Assembly: GCA_023387555.1 (NCBI GenBank)
Contig: JAEWHY010000013.1
Span: forward strand, 1 to 40,048
Direction of reading: 5' to 3'
DNA from: Pseudomonadota bacterium
GTDB lineage: Bacteria; Pseudomonadota; Alphaproteobacteria; Rhizobiales; Xanthobacteraceae
DNA: 40,048 bases
Shown: piece after piece, positions 26,363 to 35,666 of the stretch
Layout: each line of letters begins with the position of its first letter
Position numbering within the stretch: position 1 is the first letter of the stretch
Notes under the pieces: model-generated
Database searches by the model: none
What the model was told of the DNA's origin: nothing
The model's input: the letters and a program-made list of their open reading frames with translations, nothing else
Program-made: the position numbers and the translations under genes

Positions 26363-27274
26363 TCAGCCTTCCATCAAGGATTCCGCCGCCGCCAATCCCT
26401 GTTCCGGGGCGACCCAGGTCCAGCCCGGCATCTGGTTGCGGAACCAGGTGACCTGCCGCTTGGCATAGCGTCGGGTGTCCATGATCGAGCCTGCCGCGGC
26501 CTCATCGAGCGAAATCTCGCCGCTCAGATGACGGCGCAGCCAGGGTACGCCATGCGCCTTCATCGCCGGCAAGGTGTCCGGCAGATCGCGCCCGGCGAGC
26601 GCGCGCACTTCCTCGATCGCGCCCTCCCCCAGCATCGCGGCGAAGCGCGTCTCGATCCTGCGTTTCAACTCGTCTCGCTCGGGATGCAGGAAAACCTTGA
26701 TCGCCCGATCCGGATCGATGACCGGCGGCAGTCCGTCGCGATGCCAGTCGGCGATCGGGCGGCCGGTGGCCTCCAGCACTTCAAGCGCCCGCAGGATGCG
26801 CGAGCGGTCGCGGACCATGATGCGCGAGGCGGCGTCGGCATCGCGCAAAGCGAGTTCGGCATGCAGGGCCGCAACGCCCTCGCGCGCAAGCCGTTCCCGC
26901 AGCCGCTCGCGGATCGCCGGATCGATCGGCGGGATCGCGGCGAGACCGGTCGTCAGGGCGCGGAAATAGAGCCCGGTACCGCCCGCAAAGATCGCCGGCC
27001 GGCTGGCCGGCAGATCCGCCAGCACGCGCGCCGCGTCAGTGACATAGGCGCCGACCGAATAATTGATCGCCGCATCGACATGCCCGAACAGCAGATGCGG
27101 AACGCGCGCTTCCTCCGCCACGCTCGGCCGCGCCGTCAGCACCCGCAGGTCGCGATAAACCTGCATGGAATCGGCGTTGATGACGACCCCGCCGAGGCGC
27201 TCGGCCAGTTCGACCGCGAGCGCCGACTTGCCGCTCGCGGTCGGCCCTGCGATCAGGATGACATTCGGTTTCAT
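26363..27274 (-). CDS. miaA: tRNA dimethylallyltransferase
   Basis: [42 protein letters not shown]. Start ATG 27274. Confidence 0.97.
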   Translation of the reverse strand: MKPNVILIAGPTASGKSALAVELAERLGGVVINADSMQVYRDLRVLTARPSVAEEARVPHLLFGHVDAAINYSVGAYVTDAARVLADLPASRPAIFAGGTGLYFRALTTGLAAIPPIDPAIRERLRERLAREGVAALHAELALRDADAASRIMVRDRSRILRALEVLEATGRPIADWHRDGLPPVIDPDRAIKVFLHPERDELKRRIETRFAAMLGEGAIEEVRALAGRDLPDTLPAMKAHGVPWLRRHLSGEISLDEAAAGSIMDTRRYAKRQVTWFRNQMPGWTWVAPEQGLAAAESLMEG

Positions 27275-27331
27275 GCGGCCGGATTGAAGGCTCGTGACGA
27301 TCTGAACTAGAATAGGCCCATGAGGTAGTCG

Positions 27332-27544
27332 ATGAGACAATCGGCCGTAACATGCAATCCGGATGTGATGAGCGGCGCCCCGGTTTTCCGCGGAACGCGG
27401 GTACCGGTTCAGACGCTGCTCGATTATCTGGAGGGTGGCGAATCGATCGACGATTTTCTCGAGGGTTTTCCGTCCGTATCGCGCCAACAGGTCATCGCCT
27501 TCCTGGAGGAGGCCAAGGACCGCATCGTTGAAGCGGCGTCTTGA
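27332..27544 (+). CDS. DUF433 domain protein (putative antitoxin)
   Basis: [37 protein letters not shown]. Confidence 0.9.
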   Translation: MRQSAVTCNPDVMSGAPVFRGTRVPVQTLLDYLEGGESIDDFLEGFPSVSRQQVIAFLEEAKDRIVEAAS

Positions 27545-27864
27545 GAATATTGCTCGACGAGTGTGTCGACCGACGGCTTGCCGACGAAATCATTGGCCAC
27601 GATGTGGCGACCGTTCATCAGATGGGATGGGCGGGACTCAAGAACGGTGAGTTGCTGGCGCGGGCGTCGGAGACCTTCGACGTCTTTGTCACCGTCGACG
27701 GCAATCTACCTTATCAAGCCCGTGCCGCCGGTCTTCGCGTTTCGGTTCTGGTCCTGCGCGGGCGCTCCAGCCGGCTGGCAGATCTTCTGCCATTGATCCC
27801 GAGCTTGCTCGCGGCCATCCCGTCGGCCACGCCGGGCTCAATTCAGATCATCGCAGCCAGCTGA
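27541..27864 (+). CDS. DUF5615/PIN-like protein (putative toxin)
   Basis: [39 protein letters not shown] start overlaps the DUF433 stop by 4 bp. Confidence 0.87.
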   Translation: MRILLDECVDRRLADEIIGHDVATVHQMGWAGLKNGELLARASETFDVFVTVDGNLPYQARAAGLRVSVLVLRGRSSRLADLLPLIPSLLAAIPSATPGSIQIIAAS

Positions 27865-27942
27865 CGGGACACGGCGGCCTGTGACTTGCCGGCCTTCATG
27901 GGCCCTGCGATAAGCGCGATCCTCCTCACCACAACTTCCCCA

Positions 27943-28839
27943 ATGACCCACGTCGCCACCCTCATCGCCGCCCCAGGGACACATCTCGCCGACGAGACCG
28001 TTGCGCGCGCCCGGGCCGCGCTGCCCGAGGCCACCGATACGCAATGGCTCGCGCGTGGCGTCGCGGCCGATATCGCCTTCATGCCGCCCGCTCCGGCGGA
28101 CCTGCGGCCCTTGACCGAACACCTGCGCGCCGCCCTCGGGGCGGTCCCGCTCGACATCGCCGTGCAGCCGCTGGCCGATCGCCGCAAGGGCCTGCTGGTC
28201 GCCGACATGGATTCCACCATGATCGGGCAGGAATGCATCGACGAACTCGCCGATCTCGTCGGCCTGAAGGCCCATGTCTCGGCCATCACCGAACGCGCGA
28301 TGCGCGGCGAGATCGCGTTCGAGCCGGCCCTGCGCGAGCGCGTCGCGCTGCTGAAGGGCCTGCCGGTGTCGGTGGTCGGCGAGGTGATCGCCAATCGCAT
28401 CACCCTGATGCCCGGTGCGCGGGCGCTGATCGGCACCATGCGCGCCCATGGCGCCCACACCGTTCTGGTTTCCGGCGGCTTCTCGCTGTTCACCCAGGAG
28501 ATCGCGGAAATGATCGGGTTCGACGAGAACCACGCCAATACCCTCCTGGTCGAGAACGATGTCCTGACCGGGTTCGTCGAGGAGCCGATCCTCGGCCGCG
28601 AGGCCAAGCTCGATACGCTTCTGGAGGTCGCGCGCTATCTCAAACTGCCGCTGGCGAAGACCATCGCCGTCGGTGACGGCGCCAACGATCTGGCGATGAT
28701 CGGCCGGGCCGGTCTCGGCGTTGCCTATCACGCCAAGCCCGCGGTCGCCGCCGCAGCCCAGGTGCGCATCGACCATGGCGACCTGACCGCGCTCTTGTAT
28801 CTGCAGGGCTACCGGCGGGAGGAGTTCGTGGCGGAATAA
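27943..28839 (+). CDS. serB: Phosphoserine phosphatase
   Basis: HAD motifs DMDST, ECIDELA, ITERAMRGE, VSGGF, GDGANDL. Confidence 0.96.
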   Translation: MTHVATLIAAPGTHLADETVARARAALPEATDTQWLARGVAADIAFMPPAPADLRPLTEHLRAALGAVPLDIAVQPLADRRKGLLVADMDSTMIGQECIDELADLVGLKAHVSAITERAMRGEIAFEPALRERVALLKGLPVSVVGEVIANRITLMPGARALIGTMRAHGAHTVLVSGGFSLFTQEIAEMIGFDENHANTLLVENDVLTGFVEEPILGREAKLDTLLEVARYLKLPLAKTIAVGDGANDLAMIGRAGLGVAYHAKPAVAAAAQVRIDHGDLTALLYLQGYRREEFVAE

Positions 28840-28846
28840 ACCGCCA

Positions 28847-28880
28847 CGGGGGGCGTCCGCCCGAAGGCGCACGCCCCGCG
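28847..28880. terminator. GC-rich hairpin between convergent serB and degP-like genes
   Basis: GGGGCGT.CGCC-CGAA-GGCG.ACGCCCC with no clear U-tract. Confidence 0.4.
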
Positions 28881-28892
28881 ATGTGAGAGAGC

Positions 28893-30437
28893 CTACTGCA
28901 GGCTCAGCGTCACGAAGCGCAATTCGCCTTCCGGATTGGCGACCAGCAGAAGCGCCAGCTTGCGCCCGTCCTTCTTCAGCTTGTCGATCCGCTTCTGGAA
29001 ATCGTCGGTGGTTCCGACGGCTTCCTGCGCCACCTCGACGATGGTGTCGCCGGCGCTGAGGCGCTTCTCGGCGGCGGCCGAATTCTGGTCGATGGCGGTG
29101 ATCACCACGCCCTTCACGCTCTCCTTGATCTTGAAGCGCTTGCGCAGATCCGTGGAGATATTGGCGAGGTCGAGCCCGAGTGCCTTCTGCACCACGGTCT
29201 TGTCCTCGGGCTTGGCATCGCTCTGCACCGACGCCGGACGCGCCTTTTCGGCATCCTCCAGCCGGCCGAGTTTCACCGTCTTCTTTTCTTCCTTGCCCTT
29301 GCGCAGGACGATGACCTCGACCTCCTTGCCGACCGGCGTGTCGGCGACGATGCGCGGCAGATCGCGCATCTCCCTGATGTCGCGTCCGTCGAACTTGACG
29401 ATGACGTCGCCGGCCTCGATGCCGCCGGGCTTGGCCGGGCCCTTGTCGTCGACGCCGGCGATCAGCGCGCCGCGCGCCTGCTTCAGGCCAAGGCTCTCGG
29501 CAATGTCGTCGGTCACCTGCTGGATGCGCACGCCGAGCCAGCCGCGGCGCACTTCCTTGAAGTCGCGCAACTGGTCGATGACGCTCATCGCCACCTTGGA
29601 GGGAACCGCAAAGCCGATGCCGATCGAGCCGCCCGACGGCGAGATAATCGCGGTGTTGACGCCGATCACTTCGCCTTCGAGGTTGAACAGCGGACCGCCG
29701 GAATTGCCGCGATTGATGGCGGCGTCGGTCTGGATGTAATTGTCATAGGGTCCGGACTGGATGTCGCGATTGCGCGCCGACACGATGCCCGCGCTCACCG
29801 AGCCGCCGAGGCTGAACGGATTGCCGATCGCGATCACCCATTCGCCAAGCCGGACCTTGTCGGAATCGCCGAACTTCACCGCCTTCAGCGGCTTGTCCGG
29901 CTTGATCTGCAACAGCGCAAGGTCGGTCTTGGGATCGCGGCCGATGACCTCCGCCTTCAGACGCGAGCCGTCGTTGAAGACCACGTTGATCTCTTCGGCA
30001 TCGGCGATGACGTGATTGTTGGTCACCACGAGGCCGCCGGCGTCGATGACGAAGCCTGAGCCGAGCGATGACGTGCGGCGCGGCGCGCGGTTCTCGCCCT
30101 GTCCACCGGGGCCTCCCGGCCCGCCGCGGCGGTTCTCGAAGAAGTCCTTGAAGAAATCCTCGAAGGGAGAGCCGGGCGGAACCTGCGGCGAGGTTCCCGG
30201 TCCGTCCTGACCGGGCCGCTCGGGCTGGCGTCCAGGACGATTGTTGTTGGCCTCGACCCGCTGCGAGGTGGAGATATTCACCACCGCGTCGATCACCTGT
30301 TCGGCGACGTCGGCAATCTTCTCGGGGCCGCGCGCCTGCGCAGGGCCGGACAGCACGGGTAGCGTCAGCGCCAGCACCGCCGCGGCGGCGAGGGTCGGAC
30401 GAAACGCATTGAGAATCATGGCGATAGGAGCCGTCAT
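28893..30437 (-). CDS. Do/DegQ (HtrA) family periplasmic serine endoprotease with two PDZ domains
   Basis: Signal peptide, LGSGFVI, TNNHV, DLALL, QTDAAINRGNSGGPL, RGWLGV. Confidence 0.96.
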   Translation of the reverse strand: MTAPIAMILNAFRPTLAAAAVLALTLPVLSGPAQARGPEKIADVAEQVIDAVVNISTSQRVEANNNRPGRQPERPGQDGPGTSPQVPPGSPFEDFFKDFFENRRGGPGGPGGQGENRAPRRTSSLGSGFVIDAGGLVVTNNHVIADAEEINVVFNDGSRLKAEVIGRDPKTDLALLQIKPDKPLKAVKFGDSDKVRLGEWVIAIGNPFSLGGSVSAGIVSARNRDIQSGPYDNYIQTDAAINRGNSGGPLFNLEGEVIGVNTAIISPSGGSIGIGFAVPSKVAMSVIDQLRDFKEVRRGWLGVRIQQVTDDIAESLGLKQARGALIAGVDDKGPAKPGGIEAGDVIVKFDGRDIREMRDLPRIVADTPVGKEVEVIVLRKGKEEKKTVKLGRLEDAEKARPASVQSDAKPEDKTVVQKALGLDLANISTDLRKRFKIKESVKGVVITAIDQNSAAAEKRLSAGDTIVEVAQEAVGTTDDFQKRIDKLKKDGRKLALLLVANPEGELRFVTLSLQ

Positions 30438-30564
30438 GGCTTCAAATTCTCCTGCAGGTCGTGTTCACACTGCCCCTGTCCCGGCCGTGAAGCAAGAGCA
30501 ATAGCCAAGGACCAACGGGGACGTGATTGCGGCGCAGATGCGGCTCATACCGCATAAACACCGC

Positions 30565-30750
30565 TCAACCGCGAACCAGCCAGATCACCAGAATTCCGAT
30601 CAACGCGGAGACGATCCCGACCCCTCGCAGGATCGGGTCCGGCGTCTCAAGCACGCTGGCCATGGCCTCCTTCGCGGCGCCGGGAAACGCCGCGAACAGC
30701 AAGCCCTCAAGCGCGAGCACAAGCCCGATCGCGACGATGAAGTCCCACAT
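30565..30750 (-). CDS. DUF2065 family small membrane protein
   Basis: AIGLVLALEGLLFAAFP...LRGVG, in its usual position after hflC. Confidence 0.9.
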   Translation of the reverse strand: MWDFIVAIGLVLALEGLLFAAFPGAAKEAMASVLETPDPILRGVGIVSALIGILVIWLVRG

Positions 30751-30776
30751 CCGCCACTTCTATCGATCGAGACAGG

Positions 30777-31712
30777 TCACCTCGCGGCAGCGGTGGGCGC
30801 ATCGGGCGTGCCCGGCGCCTGCGACGGAGCCGCATTCGGCATACGGCCGGACGGGTCCACGAAATAGCGGAAGAACTCCGAATCCGGCTTCAGCACCATC
30901 CGCGTGTCGTTGTGGCCAAGGCCGGATTCATAGGCCTGCATCGACCGGTAGAAGGCGAAGAAGTCGGGATCCTTGCTGTAGGCTTCGGCGAAGATCCGGT
31001 TACGGGTGGCGTCGCCCTCACCGCGGATCTGCTCGCCCTTGGCGTTGGCCTCGGCCAGCAGCACGGTGACGTCACGATCGGCGCGCGAGCGGATTTCCTG
31101 TGCACGCTGCGAGCCCTGCGCACGGAACTCGGCGGCTTCGCGCTGACGCTCGGTCTGCATCCGCTGGTACACCGCCTGGCTGTTGGCGTCAGGCAGGTCG
31201 GCGCGCCGGATGCGCACGTCCACCACGTTGATGCCGTAGCGTTCGGCCTCGCGGTCGAGCTGCTGACGGATGCGCAGCATCAGCGCATCGCGGTCGTCAC
31301 GCACCAGAGCCTGGAACGAGGACTCGCCGAGCACGCGACGGAGCGCCGCGTTGAGCAGGGTCGAGAGCTGCGAATTGGCCGCCGGCACGGTGCCGATCGC
31401 CTGATAGAAGCGCAGCGGATTGACGATCTTGTAACGGGCGAAGGCGTCGACCACGAGACGCTTCTGGTCGGCCGCGATGATTTCCTGCGCCGGGTTTTCG
31501 AGATCGAGGATGCGCTTGTCGATATAGACGACGTTGTCGATGAACGGCGCCTTGAAGTGCAGGCCGGGCTCGGTGATGACTCGGATCGGGTTACCGAGCC
31601 GGATCACGATCGCCTGGCGCGTCTCGTAGACGGTGAACAGCGAGCTGTAAGCGACAAAGGCCGCCACGATCGCCAGCACCAGCAGCACACCGCCGGCAAT
31701 ACGGAGTTTCAT
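30777..31712 (-). CDS. hflC: FtsH protease modulator HflC
   Basis: N-terminal TM, PGLHFKAPF, DQKRLVVDAFARY, DVRIRRADLP, RMQTERQREA, FFAFYRSMQAY. Start ATG 31712. Confidence 0.96.
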   Translation of the reverse strand: MKLRIAGGVLLVLAIVAAFVAYSSLFTVYETRQAIVIRLGNPIRVITEPGLHFKAPFIDNVVYIDKRILDLENPAQEIIAADQKRLVVDAFARYKIVNPLRFYQAIGTVPAANSQLSTLLNAALRRVLGESSFQALVRDDRDALMLRIRQQLDREAERYGINVVDVRIRRADLPDANSQAVYQRMQTERQREAAEFRAQGSQRAQEIRSRADRDVTVLLAEANAKGEQIRGEGDATRNRIFAEAYSKDPDFFAFYRSMQAYESGLGHNDTRMVLKPDSEFFRYFVDPSGRMPNAAPSQAPGTPDAPTAAAR

Positions 31713-31725
31713 TTGGTAATCTCCC

Positions 31726-32880
31726 TTAGCGGCGCTGCGCTTGCGGTTGCTGCGATTGCGGCTGCGCCGGCCGCGGACGGTTCTGGTCGAGCGACAGATA
31801 AGGCACGACGCCCTGCCCGCCACCGGCACCCGGATCGAGGATGATCTTCTCCGTGCCGCTCAGCAGCCGCTCCATGGTCTCCAGATAGAGCCGCTGGCGC
31901 GTGATCTGGGGCGCCTTGGCGTATTCCTGGTAGATCTGATTGAAGCGCGCCGTCTGACCGGTCGCTTCCGCGACCGTCTGCTCGCGATAGGCTTCCGCAT
32001 TCTGCATGATCTGCGCAGCGCGGCCGCGGGCTTCCGGCACCACCCGGTTGGCGTAGGTCTGGGCTTCGTTCTGCGCGCGTTCAAGGTCGGCGCGGGCCGC
32101 CTGGACGTCGCGGAAGGAGTCGATGACCTGCGTCGGCGGATCGACCTTCTGCAGCTGCACCTGGGTGATCAGAATGCCCGAGTGATAGTCGTCGAGCGTC
32201 TTCTGCATCAGCTCCTGCACTGCATTTTCGATGTTCTGACGGGCTCCGGTGAGGATCGGCTGAATGTTGGAGCGGCCGACCACTTCACGCATCGCGCTTT
32301 CGGCGACGGCCTTCACGGTGCCTTCAGGGTTCTGGATGTTGAACAGGAACTGTCCGGCGCCGCCTTCGGGCTTGATCTTCCACAGCACTGCGAAATCGAC
32401 GTCGACGATGTTCTCGTCGCCGGTCAGCATCAGGCTCTCTTCCGGCACGTCACGCGCCGTAGAGCCGCGCCGCGCGTCGTCGACGATGCGCATGCCGACA
32501 TCGATGCGGTTGATGCGCTCGATATTGACCTTCTGCACCGCACCGACCGGGTATGGCCAGGTGTAGCCCCAGCCCGCCGGCGCATCGCGCACATACTTGC
32601 CGAACCGCATCACCACGCCGAGTTCGCCCGGCTGCACGACGAAGAAACCGGAGATGCCCCACAGGAACAGGGCGACGATGAGCGCCGCCGCAATGCCGAT
32701 CTTGCCGCCGAAGCTGCCGCCCGGAAGCACCGTCTTCAGGCGATCCTGGCTGCGCCGCAGCAAATCCTCAAGATCGGGCGGCTGCGCGCCACCGCCGCCA
32801 GATTGTGGCCCCGAACCCCACGGTCCCTTGGGCCCCGAACCCCACGGTCCGCCACCACCGCCCTGATTACTCCACGGCAT
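31726..32880 (-). CDS. hflK: FtsH protease modulator HflK
   Basis: MPWSNQGGG..PWG, PPDLEDL, MLTGDENIVDV, FRDVQAARAD, RQRLYLETME. Confidence 0.96.
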   Translation of the reverse strand: MPWSNQGGGGGPWGSGPKGPWGSGPQSGGGGAQPPDLEDLLRRSQDRLKTVLPGGSFGGKIGIAAALIVALFLWGISGFFVVQPGELGVVMRFGKYVRDAPAGWGYTWPYPVGAVQKVNIERINRIDVGMRIVDDARRGSTARDVPEESLMLTGDENIVDVDFAVLWKIKPEGGAGQFLFNIQNPEGTVKAVAESAMREVVGRSNIQPILTGARQNIENAVQELMQKTLDDYHSGILITQVQLQKVDPPTQVIDSFRDVQAARADLERAQNEAQTYANRVVPEARGRAAQIMQNAEAYREQTVAEATGQTARFNQIYQEYAKAPQITRQRLYLETMERLLSGTEKIILDPGAGGGQGVVPYLSLDQNRPRPAQPQSQQPQAQRR

Positions 32881-32934
32881 CTTAGTCCTCCTTGAGCGCG
32901 GCCGATCCGGCAGGCACCCGATATTCGGCGGGGG

Positions 32935-32963
32935 TTATAGGGGACCACCGTGTCCCTTACAAC
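32935..32963 (-). promoter_or_regulatory. Putative RpoH (sigma32) promoter for hflK-hflC
   Basis: Minus strand GTTGTAA-N15-CCTATAA, versus the alphaproteobacterial RpoH consensus CTTGAA-N15/16-CCTATAT. Confidence 0.55.
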
Positions 32964-32969
32964 GCGCGC

Positions 32970-33518
32970 TCATGACGCGCCGGCACGCACGTAATTAACA
33001 ATCGTAAAGCCATATTCGTCATCGGGCCCCTTGGGCTGCGGCAACCGGTCGGCTTCGCGCCACACCGCGGGGTCGATGGCGGGGAAATAGGTATCCCCCG
33101 CCGGCTTTGCATGGACCAGCGTCAATATGATCCGGTCCGCCAGCGGCAGGGTCTGCAGGAAGACGTCGGTCCCCCCGATCACGGCGATGGCGTCGGCGCC
33201 GCGGCGAAGCGCATCGCCCCGTGCGGCGGCAAGCGCCTGGTCGAGGCCGGGCGCCACCAGGACGCCGGGCGCGGCGAAGTCCGCCTGCCGGGTGATCACG
33301 ATATTGGTGCGTCCGGGCAGCGGCTTGCCGATCGAGGCATAGGTCTTCCGCCCCATCACCACCGGCTTGCCCATGGTCACGCTGCGGAAAAATTTCAGGT
33401 CGGACTTGATCCGCCACGGCAAATTGTTGTCGCGCCCGATCACCCCGTTCTCGGCGACAGCAACGACGAGGATGATCGCAATCCCGCCCGGCGCTTCCGG
33501 AACGCCGCTTTCGCTCAC
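32970..33518 (-). CDS. folA: Dihydrofolate reductase
   Basis: [51 protein letters not shown] start overlaps the thyA stop. Confidence 0.96.
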   Translation of the reverse strand: MSESGVPEAPGGIAIILVVAVAENGVIGRDNNLPWRIKSDLKFFRSVTMGKPVVMGRKTYASIGKPLPGRTNIVITRQADFAAPGVLVAPGLDQALAAARGDALRRGADAIAVIGGTDVFLQTLPLADRIILTLVHAKPAGDTYFPAIDPAVWREADRLPQPKGPDDEYGFTIVNYVRAGAS

Positions 33519-34309
33519 ACCGCCACCTGCGCCTTGATGTGCGGATGCGGGTCGTAGCCCGTCAGCGCGAAATGCTCATAGCGGAACGAGAACAGATCCT
33601 TCACCGAAGGATCGATGTTCATTTTCGGCAGCGGGCGCGGCGCCCGCGACAGCTGCAGCTCAGCCTGTTCGACGTGGTTGAGATAAAGGTGCGCATCGCC
33701 GAGCGTATGGATGAATTCACCCGGACGCAGCCCGGCGACCTGGGCCACCATCATCGTCAGCAAGGCGTAGGACGCGATGTTGAATGGCACGCCGAGGAAA
33801 ATGTCGGCCGATCGCTGATAGAGCTGGCACGACAGCCGGCCCTCCGCGACATAGAACTGGAACAGGCAATGGCAGGGCGGCAGCGCCATCTTGCCGATAT
33901 CGGCCGGATTCCAGGCGGTGACAATCAGCCGGCGCGAATCCGGATTGCGCTCCAGATCGCGCATCAGGCTCGCGATCTGGTCGATGGTGCCGCCGTCGCG
34001 GGCCGGCCATGAGCGCCACTGCGCGCCATAGACCGGGCCGAGATCGCCGTTCTCATCCGCCCATTCGTCCCAGATGGTGACCCCGTTGTCGCGCAGATAG
34101 CCGATGTTGGTGTCGCCACGCAGAAACCACAGCAACTCATGCACGATGGATTTGACGTGCAGCTTCTTGGTGGTGACCAGCGGAAAGCCGTCGCGCAGGT
34201 CGAAGCGCATCTGATGCCCGAACACCGACCGCGTGCCGGTGCCGGTGCGATCGCGCTTCTCCACGCCGTCGCGGAGCACATGGTCCATCAGGTCGAGATA
34301 TTGCTTCAT
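33515..34309 (-). CDS. thyA: Thymidylate synthase
   Basis: [49 protein letters not shown]. 264 aa. Confidence 0.98.
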   Translation of the reverse strand: MKQYLDLMDHVLRDGVEKRDRTGTGTRSVFGHQMRFDLRDGFPLVTTKKLHVKSIVHELLWFLRGDTNIGYLRDNGVTIWDEWADENGDLGPVYGAQWRSWPARDGGTIDQIASLMRDLERNPDSRRLIVTAWNPADIGKMALPPCHCLFQFYVAEGRLSCQLYQRSADIFLGVPFNIASYALLTMMVAQVAGLRPGEFIHTLGDAHLYLNHVEQAELQLSRAPRPLPKMNIDPSVKDLFSFRYEHFALTGYDPHPHIKAQVAV

Positions 34310-34452
34310 GCCGCAGCCTGTCCGTTGCGGTTCAACTTAGTGGTCCGCCCGTCCGGGCGAAAGCGTGGATGCCGAGACGGCCATCCTGGCTGCACAACAA
34401 ATCCAGCCGTGCCGGAGGCTATCCGATTCCCGGGATGAAAGGCTCCCGGCAC

Positions 34453-34480
34453 AAAAAAGGGGCGGCCGGCGGCCGCCCCC
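34453..34480 (-). terminator. Rho-independent terminator of the tct operon
   Basis: mRNA GGGGCGGCC-GCC-GGCCGCCCC-UUUUUU. Confidence 0.8.
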
Positions 34481-34504
34481 GAAAGCCCGGTTCCTCCGGA
34501 ACGG

Positions 34505-35491
34505 TTACTGGGTAATGCCCGAAGCCTTGATCACCGGGGTCCAGCGGTTGATTTCGCCGTCCACCAGCTTGTTCAGGGCCTCCTGGCCCCGACGGTCGGG
34601 ACCGGGGATATCGCTGCCGAGATCGAGCAGACGCTTGCGCACGCCCTCGTCATCCAGCGCCTTGGACAGCGCGTCGGACAACTTGTCGAGCGCCTCCTTC
34701 GGCGTGCCCTTCGGAGCGAAGATCGCATTCCAGGCCGAGACCTCGAAGGCCGGCAGTCCGGCTTCCTTGGTGGTCGGCGTGTCGGGCAGCGCCGGATTGC
34801 GCTCGGGGGTGCCGATGCCATAGGCCTTGATGTTGCCGGCCTTGATCTGCGGCACGAGGTTGACGATCTGGTCGCACATGTAGTCGACCTGACCGCCGAG
34901 CAGCGCGTTCAGCGCCGGACCGGTGCCCTGGAACGGGATCGCGGTCGGCTTTACCCCGAGGACCGAATTCAAGAGCAGGCAGCTGGTGAAGGACACCGAG
35001 CCGACGCCGGCATGGGCGGCATTCACCTTGTCGGCATTCGCCTTCACGTAAGCTGCGAACTCCTTCAGATCCTTGGCAGGGAAGTCCTTCTTGGCCACGA
35101 TCAGCACCGGCGTGCCGGCTGCGAGGCCCACGGGCTCGAAGTTCTTCAGCGGGTGATAGGCGAGCTTTGGATAGAGCGCGACCGCCGCGGCATGGGTGCC
35201 CATATGCCCCATGATGATGTTGTAGCCATCGGCATTGGCGCGCATCGCGCGGGTCGCACCGGTGGTGCCGCCGGCGCCGACCACGTTCTCGATCACGATC
35301 TGCTGGCCGAGCGTCTTCGACATGTGATCGGCGACGATGCGGGCGACGATGTCGGTCGGTCCGCCGGCCGCGAACGGCACGATCATGTTGATCGGGCGGG
35401 AGGGATAGGCCTGGGCCTGCGCGGGCAGCGCTTGCGCCGCCAGGGCGAAAATACCGGCAACGGCGCCGGCCAGACGTGGGAAGACACGCAT
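34505..35491 (-). CDS. tctC: Tripartite tricarboxylate transporter substrate-binding protein
   Basis: Signal peptide, YPSRPI.MIVPFAAGGPTD..AR, ENV.GAGGTTG, ADGY, PF.GTGPA. Start ATG 35491. Confidence 0.92.
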   Translation of the reverse strand: MRVFPRLAGAVAGIFALAAQALPAQAQAYPSRPINMIVPFAAGGPTDIVARIVADHMSKTLGQQIVIENVVGAGGTTGATRAMRANADGYNIIMGHMGTHAAAVALYPKLAYHPLKNFEPVGLAAGTPVLIVAKKDFPAKDLKEFAAYVKANADKVNAAHAGVGSVSFTSCLLLNSVLGVKPTAIPFQGTGPALNALLGGQVDYMCDQIVNLVPQIKAGNIKAYGIGTPERNPALPDTPTTKEAGLPAFEVSAWNAIFAPKGTPKEALDKLSDALSKALDDEGVRKRLLDLGSDIPGPDRRGQEALNKLVDGEINRWTPVIKASGITQ

Positions 35492-35600
35492 GCTGAGGTC
35501 TCCGTTTAGCGTTTCCTGAGCCTGATGCTCGATCCGTCCGGTCCGGCCTTTCGGCCGCCCCGGCATCGGCCGATCCGGTATCGGGTTGATCCGGACAGAC

Positions 35601-35633
35601 TTCGGGCGGCGTTTCACCGAAACGCCGCCCGAA
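35601..35633. other. Perfect 15-bp intercistronic stem-loop between tctA and tctC
   Basis: TTCGGGCGGCGTTTC-ACC-GAAACGCCGCCCGAA. Confidence 0.65.
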
Positions 35634-35666
35634 ATCAAGACCATAATTGGACTGAGGCAATCCGCC

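Noticed and set aside
26363..27487. 71-aa N-terminal extension of MiaA in the ORF track
   Set aside because: It overlaps the DUF433 gene on the opposite strand. MiaA homology begins at [17 protein letters not shown].
27315..27903. 9-bp inverted repeat GGCCCATGA / TCATGGGCC flanking the TA pair
   Set aside because: Too short to distinguish from chance, and no target-site duplication is visible.
32805..32855. Duplicated GPWGSGP coding repeat in hflK
   Set aside because: A normal Gly/Pro/Trp-rich N-terminus of alphaproteobacterial HflK.
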